A DNA stretch of 54,862 bases. Source: Candidatus Eiseniibacteriota bacterium (GTDB taxonomy: Bacteria; Eisenbacteria; RBG-16-71-46; SZUA-252). This document shows, piece by piece, positions 50,201-54,862 of this stretch. The DNA lies in assembly GCA_031370645.1 (NCBI GenBank), contig JANMQV010000047.1, forward strand, positions 1 to 54,862. The letters are read 5' to 3'. The notes under the pieces were generated by a model. It was not told where the DNA came from, did no database searches, and saw only the letters and a program-made list of their open reading frames with translations. The position numbers were made by a program, and so were the translations under genes. Position 1 is the stretch's first letter; every line of letters starts with the position of its first letter.

Positions 50201-50304
50201 TGGCTCCGCTTGTTCGCGAGGCGATGGAGCATGCGTTGCCGCTTCGCGTGCCGCTGCTCGTTCACGAGGGGCGCGGGAAGACTTGGGCGGAGGCGCACGG
50301 GTAA
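47260..50304 (+). CDS. polA: DNA polymerase I (5'-3' exo, intact 3'-5' exo, polymerase)
   Basis: LVDGS, EADD, DKD, GDASDN; DTET/NAKYD/YCCED; TGRLS, DYSQIELR, KTVNFGILYG, QVHDEL. Confidence 0.97.
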   Translation: MGSTDPGVKGASLLLVDGSALLYRSHFAFIRNPLRTAKGEVTSAVFGVLQILLPVLEQRKPDRVAIVFDTAAPTFRHRVYTEYKAHRPPMPEDLAAQIPRVRESLRLLGLPIIEQEGVEADDLIGTLAKEAERDGATAWLLTSDKDFFQLVSDRILILSPRGRGGDLAVVDRHGVRERYGVAPEEMIDLLALMGDASDNVPGVPGVGEKTAAQLIQKFQTMEKLYASLDQVERASLREKLRVNEEQARLSRMLATIRADLPVDRHWWELKREPVDYAGLLPFLQSLELHTHHRRFTNEAVAAGVTLPKAAPVRGDAAATTTGSAAAVGAGAPAAVTLSAGAAPGGPLSEPGDLFPESVRPATGTKGARGGKVSKGKSGGATSSADRGVFDEADAAGSRGAGVDIAVEATHLRAPIGRYSMVTDGAGLESLTRALASAKGPVAFDTETTGLDPHRADLVGIGLALSEGEAFYLPIGHVTGPNLDADRVREALRPFFDDPKARRAAQNAKYDWHVFHKFGIPVRDISDDTMVAAFLSDPDRPKNLDALAASRLGIEKIPTESLIGPRGKDQKSMADLPVEQVGVYCCEDADVVLRLLPILEKELVAVDGLALYREVEVPLVGVLVRMERAGVKIDTAALEEMSKSLGATMQRLELEIQESAGVPFNVKSTRQVAEVLFERLQLPKGKRTKDGYSTDEEVLETLAPLHPIPRLLLEYRQAQKLKSAYVDSLPKLVHPDTGRVHATFHQTIASTGRLSASDPSLQNIPIRSEEGRAIRKAFIAEGKNGRLASYDYSQIELRLLAHFSHDPVLAEAFRTGGDVHTATAARLFGVAPEAVTPAQRSQAKTVNFGILYGMGSARLARELSLSRSLASAFIDEYKKTHAGVAKYMEQMLAQAKERGYAETMLHRRRPLPGLRDPHEGRRAESERAAINSPIQGSAADLIKVAMVKIDALLTERGLKSRMILQVHDELLFETDTHEVEVLAPLVREAMEHALPLRVPLLVHEGRGKTWAEAHG

Positions 50305-50332
50305 GCAGCGTTCGCGGTTTACGGACCAGTCC

Positions 50333-50362
50333 TTGACGAACGGCACGAACCGCGGATAGGGT
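50333..50362 (+). promoter_or_regulatory. Sigma70-type promoter of coaE-prfB, probably leaderless
   Basis: TTGACG-N18-TAGGGT, ending 6 nt before the coaE ATG. Confidence 0.6.
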
Positions 50363-50368
50363 AAAGAG

Positions 50369-50956
50369 ATGCCGCGAATCGGAGTCTTCGGACTCATGGC
50401 CTCGGGGAAGTCGACCGTCTCGAGGTGGTTTCAGGAGTGGGGCGCGGCGGTAGTGGACGGCGATGCGCTCGGTTGGGAAGTGCTTCGGGAGCCGAAGATC
50501 GTCATGGCGGTGTCGGCGGCGTTCGGCGACGAGGTTCTGACGGACGACGGCGCGATCGACCGTGTCGTTCTCGGGCGAATCGTCTTTCGTGATGCGGCGG
50601 CCATGACGCGGCTGAACGCGATCGTGCAGCCGCGGCTTCTCGAGCGCGTGCGCGGGGCGCTCGCCGCTCCCGCCGTCGGAACGACCCTCCTCGACGCAGC
50701 GATGCTGACGACGTGGGGGCTCGAACCCGACCTCGACGGCATCGTGGAGGTGCGCGCCGAGGAGGCCGCGAGGGTGAGCCGCCTCATGGCGGCCCGCGGC
50801 CTCGATGCCGGCCCGGCGCTCGAGCGGATTCGCGGTCAGTCGTTGCCGCCGGTCCTGAATCCGAAGCGCCAGTGGATCATTCACAACGACGGCGATCTCG
50901 CGGCGCTCCGCCGCCGGGCCGAAGCCGTCTGGAAGGAAATCGCGGCGCTCCGCTAG
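50369..50956 (+). CDS. coaE: Dephospho-CoA kinase
   Basis: IGVFGLMASGKSTV, FG, IDR..LGRIVF, LNAIV.P, RI..Q, I.NDG. Confidence 0.92.
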   Translation: MPRIGVFGLMASGKSTVSRWFQEWGAAVVDGDALGWEVLREPKIVMAVSAAFGDEVLTDDGAIDRVVLGRIVFRDAAAMTRLNAIVQPRLLERVRGALAAPAVGTTLLDAAMLTTWGLEPDLDGIVEVRAEEAARVSRLMAARGLDAGPALERIRGQSLPPVLNPKRQWIIHNDGDLAALRRRAEAVWKEIAALR

Positions 50957-50991
50957 GGGCGAAGCGGCTTCGATCTCACCGGGAGGACCCG

Positions 50992-52096
50992 ATGGACCTG
51001 CTCGCCACACGGAAGAGGCTCGACGAGGGACGCCAGATTCTGGCACAACTCGGGAGTTTTCTTTGACGTCGCTCACCGCGAAGCACGGGTCCGCGAACTC
51101 GAGGAACAACTAGCGGCGCCCGGATTCTGGGACGTGCCCGAGCGCGCCCAGAAGACCGTCATCGAACTCAAATCGATCAAGCGGGTGCTCGATAACTACC
51201 GCGCACTGGAACGCGAAGTATCCGACGCGAACGGCCTGATCGAACTCCTGGAAGTCGATCCCGACGATTCCATGGCGGCCGATCTCGACCGGCAGTCGGA
51301 GAATCTCCTCCCACGCATCCAGGCGCTCGAACTGAAGAGCCTCCTCTCCGAGGAGAGCGACGCGCATGGCGCGATCGTCACCATCCATCCGGGCGCGGGC
51401 GGCACCGAGTCGCAGGATTGGGCTCAGATGCTCTACCGTCTCTATACGCGGTACGCGGAGCGAAACGGCTATGTCGTGAGTGTTCTCGATCTTCAGGCGG
51501 GTGATGAGGCGGGAATCAAGGACGCCACGATCCAGGTGGACGGGGAATACGCGTATGGATTTCTGAAGGCCGAGCATGGCATTCACCGGCTCGTCCGCAT
51601 TTCCCCCTTCGACGCGCAAAAACGACGGCACACCTCGTTCGCTTCGGTCTTCGTCTATCCACAAGTGGGCGAAGACGCTCCGATCGAGATCAAGGACGCC
51701 GACCTACGAATCGACACCTATCGCGCCGGCGGCGCGGGCGGCCAGCACGTGAACAAGACGGAATCGGCCGTGCGCATCACGCACCTCCCGAGCGGGCTCG
51801 TCGTCCAGTGTCAGAACGAACGGTCGCAGCTCCGAAACCGCGACGCGGCCATGAAAGTGCTCATGGCTCGCCTCTACGCGAAGCGGCTGGAGGAGGAGCA
51901 CGCGAAGCACAATCTGATCGGCGGCGGGAAAAAGGACATTTCCTGGGGAAATCAGATCCGCTCGTACGTGTTCCAGCCCTATACGCAAGTGAAGGACCAC
52001 CGAACCGACGTCGTCGTGACCGACGTGCAGGGCGTGATGGACGGCGAAATTCAGCCCTTCATCGATGCTTACCTGCGCCGAAAGGAGCCAGCGTGA
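50992..52096 (+). CDS. prfB: Peptide chain release factor 2, with programmed +1 frameshift (join 50992-51063, 51065-52096; 367 aa)
   Basis: GGAGG RBS, 24 codons ending CTT TGA C, then the +1 frame DVAHRE...GFWD; SPF anticodon-mimic, GGQ, WGNQIRSY. Confidence 0.96.
51052..51067 (+). promoter_or_regulatory. prfB programmed +1 ribosomal frameshift site
   Basis: GGGAGT-TTT-CTT-TGA-C: internal SD-like element plus slippery CTT TGA C. Confidence 0.92.
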
Positions 52097-53469
52097 ACCC
52101 CGCCATCTTCCGTGAATACGACATCCGCGGCATTGCCGACACCGACCTCACCGACGGCGTCGTGCGGGCCATCGGGCGGGCGTTCGGGGAACGGATGCGC
52201 GAGAAAGGGCTCTCCCGCGTCGCCGTGGGCCGCGACGTGAGGCTCTCCTCGCCCCGGATTCGCGCCGCGCTCGTCGAAGGGCTCCTTGACCAGGGAATGC
52301 ACGTGATCGACGTCGGGGAGGTGCCCACACCGGCGCTCTATTTCGCCGTGCTTCTCCTGAAGACCGACACGGGCGTGATGGTGACCGGCAGCCACAATCC
52401 GATCGAATACAACGGAATCAAACTTTCAGAGGGCGTCTCGTCGCTCCACGGACCCGACATCCTCGAGCTGCGGGAACGCGCCGAGCGGGCCGGGGTGCTC
52501 GCGACGCGCGGATCGATCGAAATGGCGAACGTCGACGAACCCTACCTGGCTGATCTCGCCTCCCGCATCACGCTCGCCCGGCCGCTGAAGGTGACGGTCG
52601 ATCCGGGGAACGGCGCCGCGAGCATTCTCGGACCGAAATTCCTCCGCATGATCGGCTGCGAAGTCGACGCGATCTTCGACGTCCCGGACGGAAGCTTTCC
52701 GAATCATCTCCCCGACCCGACCGTGCCGAAACTGATGGAGGCCCTCATGGCGCGCGTGAAGTCGAAAGGCTCCGATGTCGGAATCGGCTTCGATGGCGAC
52801 GCCGATCGCGTCGGCGCGGTGGACGAGAAGGGGCGCCTCCTCTACGGGGATCAAATTCTGGCGCTCTATGCCGGCGACGTTCTTTCCCGGCTTCCCGGAA
52901 GTCCGATTATCTTCGAGGTGAAGTGCTCGCAGGGATTGGTGGAGCACATCGAGGCGAAGGGCGGGCAGCCGATCATGTGGAAGGCGGGCCACTCCCTCAT
53001 CAAAGCGAAGATGCGGGAGACGAAGGCGCCGCTCGGGGGCGAGATGTCGGGCCACATGTTCTTCGCCGACGAGTTTCCGGGATACGACGACGCGCCCTAC
53101 GCGGCGGGGAGACTCCTCCGGATCCTGGCCGCGACCTCGCGCCCCCTCTCGGCGCTCATCGACGAGCTGCCGCAGGCGCGCTACGTCTCCACGCCGGAGC
53201 TTCGGTTTGATTGCACCGACGCCTCGAAGTTTGCTATCGTAGAGTCCGTACGCGAGTATTTCCGCGCGCGATACCGCGTGGTGGACGTGGACGGTGTCCG
53301 AGTCCAGTTCGGCGATGGGTGGGGTCTCATCCGCGCCTCCAACACGCAACCAGTCTTGGTCGTCCGGTTCGAGGCAAAGAGCCGAGAACGGCTCCAGGAA
53401 ATCGCGCGTGAGGTGTCCGATGTGCTCGCCAGCCATCCCGAGGTGACGATCCCCGCGCTCACGTTCTGA
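52093..53469 (+). CDS. Phosphomannomutase/phosphoglucomutase
   Basis: IFREYDIRG, TGSHNP (phospho-Ser), FDGDADR, GEMSGH, RASNTQP. Confidence 0.95.
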   Translation: MNPAIFREYDIRGIADTDLTDGVVRAIGRAFGERMREKGLSRVAVGRDVRLSSPRIRAALVEGLLDQGMHVIDVGEVPTPALYFAVLLLKTDTGVMVTGSHNPIEYNGIKLSEGVSSLHGPDILELRERAERAGVLATRGSIEMANVDEPYLADLASRITLARPLKVTVDPGNGAASILGPKFLRMIGCEVDAIFDVPDGSFPNHLPDPTVPKLMEALMARVKSKGSDVGIGFDGDADRVGAVDEKGRLLYGDQILALYAGDVLSRLPGSPIIFEVKCSQGLVEHIEAKGGQPIMWKAGHSLIKAKMRETKAPLGGEMSGHMFFADEFPGYDDAPYAAGRLLRILAATSRPLSALIDELPQARYVSTPELRFDCTDASKFAIVESVREYFRARYRVVDVDGVRVQFGDGWGLIRASNTQPVLVVRFEAKSRERLQEIAREVSDVLASHPEVTIPALTF

Positions 53470-53537
53470 GCGCCGTCGCACTCGAGCCTCGCCGGGTTGA
53501 GGTCACTTGCTTGCTCGCACGGACCGGCGGATTCTCG

Positions 53538-54862
53538 GTGCCTGCCGTATCCGTACCCCGCCCTCTGGCGCTGGCCGCGGCATTCGCCCTGGCGCTCGCG
53601 GGGGTCGCCGCCATTCTTCCCGCCTCCGCACGCGCCCAAGACGAATTCCTCCTCAACGACGACCGCGTGAGCCGCAATCAGTGGGAGCCGGCCGTGGCGC
53701 GGGGCGCCACCGGAGCGATCGTCGTCGCTTGGCAGGACGGTCGTAACGGCTCCGGTTCCTTCGAAGACTTCGATATCTATGCCCTCACGATTCGAAACGC
53801 CTTCGCGCTCGGCACGACGCTGAACCGGCGGCTGAACGACGATCCGGCGGGCCAAGTGCAGGCGAACCCCGACATCGCGGGAAGCCCCGCGGGGACGTTC
53901 TTCTGCGTCTGGGTCGATTCCCGTCTCGGTAATCGCGACATCTACGGCGTCACGCTCGACTCGCTCGGGATTCCGATCACGCCGAATCTCCGCGTCAGCG
54001 ACGATATCGCCACCCAGGAGCAATTCGCGCCCCGCGTCATTCCCCAGGGCGCGGACGGCTACTTCGTCGTCTGGAGCGACGGGCGCGACGGCAAAGGGGA
54101 GATCTTCGCTTCGTATCGAACCTCCTCCGGCGCACCGATCGGCGGGAACGTTCGAATCTCGCAGGATCCGGTGCCGACCGGAAGTTTCCAGGGGGACCCC
54201 GCCTGCGCCGCGCTTCAGGACGGCACGACGCTCGTCGTCTGGTCCGACGGCCGAAACGGCGGCACCTTCGGCGCGACATTTGACATTTATGGCCAATATA
54301 TCGATGGCACCGGCGCCCCCATCGGAGGGAATTTCAAGATCAACGACGCGACCGGAGTTCAGAACGCGAGCGTGCCCACCGTCGCCGCGAGCGCCGATGG
54401 ATTCCTCGTCGCCTGGGTCGACCACCGGCGAGCGAGCGACCCGGGCGACGTCTGGGCGCAGCGTTTCGAGACGGATGGCACTTCGATCGGCGCGAACGTG
54501 AGGGTAAACGACGATGCCGCGGGGAACGAGCAGCGCTTCGTCCGCGCGTGCGACGCGACGGGAGGCGCCATGGTCTTTTGGGAAGACTTGCGGGGCGGAT
54601 TCGGACTCGACTCCAACGTCGAGGGTGCCTTCGTCCCCTGGAACGGTAGTGCGCCGGGCCCGAACTTCCGCGTGAACGCGACGACCCTCGGCCGGCAGGG
54701 GAATCCGGGCTGTGTCTGGGACGGCCTCGAGGCCTCGATCGTCGTGTGGGAGGACTTGCGGCGCGGCTCGGCGGATATCTTCGCGGTCCCGGTACGCACC
54801 GATGGGAGTCCCCGCGGCGCGGACACGCAGCTCAACGACGACGCGGCCTCCTTCGATCAGCG
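53538..54862 (+). CDS. Partial (3' truncated) secreted repeat protein, probable beta-propeller
   Basis: Not in the ORF track because it has no stop. Manual translation from GTG 53538 is open to the window end; signal peptide ending ARA|Q; seven ~55-60 aa repeats (ND..Q..P...WxDxR...DIY/F). Confidence 0.85.
   Translation, partial: MPAVSVPRPLALAAAFALALAGVAAILPASARAQDEFLLNDDRVSRNQWEPAVARGATGAIVVAWQDGRNGSGSFEDFDIYALTIRNAFALGTTLNRRLNDDPAGQVQANPDIAGSPAGTFFCVWVDSRLGNRDIYGVTLDSLGIPITPNLRVSDDIATQEQFAPRVIPQGADGYFVVWSDGRDGKGEIFASYRTSSGAPIGGNVRISQDPVPTGSFQGDPACAALQDGTTLVVWSDGRNGGTFGATFDIYGQYIDGTGAPIGGNFKINDATGVQNASVPTVAASADGFLVAWVDHRRASDPGDVWAQRFETDGTSIGANVRVNDDAAGNEQRFVRACDATGGAMVFWEDLRGGFGLDSNVEGAFVPWNGSAPGPNFRVNATTLGRQGNPGCVWDGLEASIVVWEDLRRGSADIFAVPVRTDGSPRGADTQLNDDAASFDQ

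Noticed and set aside
51061..51067. prfB as a frameshifted pseudogene
   Set aside because: The disruption is exactly the canonical CTT TGA C programmed frameshift
53181..54835. Minus-strand ORFs 53181-54425 and 54359-54835 as genes
   Set aside because: The plus-strand frame from 53538 has a signal peptide and regular protein repeats, so the minus ORFs are its shadows

Overview
A high-GC, gene-dense chromosomal segment from a diderm (LPS-producing) bacterium. The PorV-like barrel, lipoprotein-type LptC and archaeal-type PGI/PMI suggest an FCB-superphylum-like lineage such as Eisenbacteria/Latescibacteria; this is inference only. About 51 CDS, 49 of them on the + strand, many translationally coupled. 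Gene order: partial PorV/PorQ-like barrel, dacB-ldcA, gdhA(-), rhomboid-TPR, a small secreted protein(-), mreBCD-mrdA-rodA-lgt-aroE-comF, a fused TIGR03960/TIGR03936-type radical SAM gene, rng/rne-rplU-rpmA-mdh, a membrane hydrolase, an odd TonB-C protein, kdsB-pyrG-kdsA-kdsD-lptC-lptB-rpoN-hpf-hprK, a complete mannose-family PTS (IIA,IIB,IIC,IID,HPr,EI), pgi/pmi, a nucleotidyltransferase, metK-ahcY-ftsK-rimO, hypothetical, TPR, bamD-nadD-polA-coaE, prfB (+1 frameshift), pmm/pgm, and a partial secreted WxDxR-repeat protein absent from the ORF track. I saw no tRNA, rRNA, CRISPR array or mobile element. The window is mostly core housekeeping and I cannot support a clearly new multi-gene system. 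The best leads are the xxNGH repeat linker in the radical SAM fusion, the apparently unanchored NTF2-like/TonB-C protein, a recurring TTG-N17/18-(TGn)TAGnnT promoter with likely leaderless mRNAs, the missing lptA/kdsC, and the PTS-to-NDP-sugar gene coupling. All family calls come from recognised motifs, not database searches.
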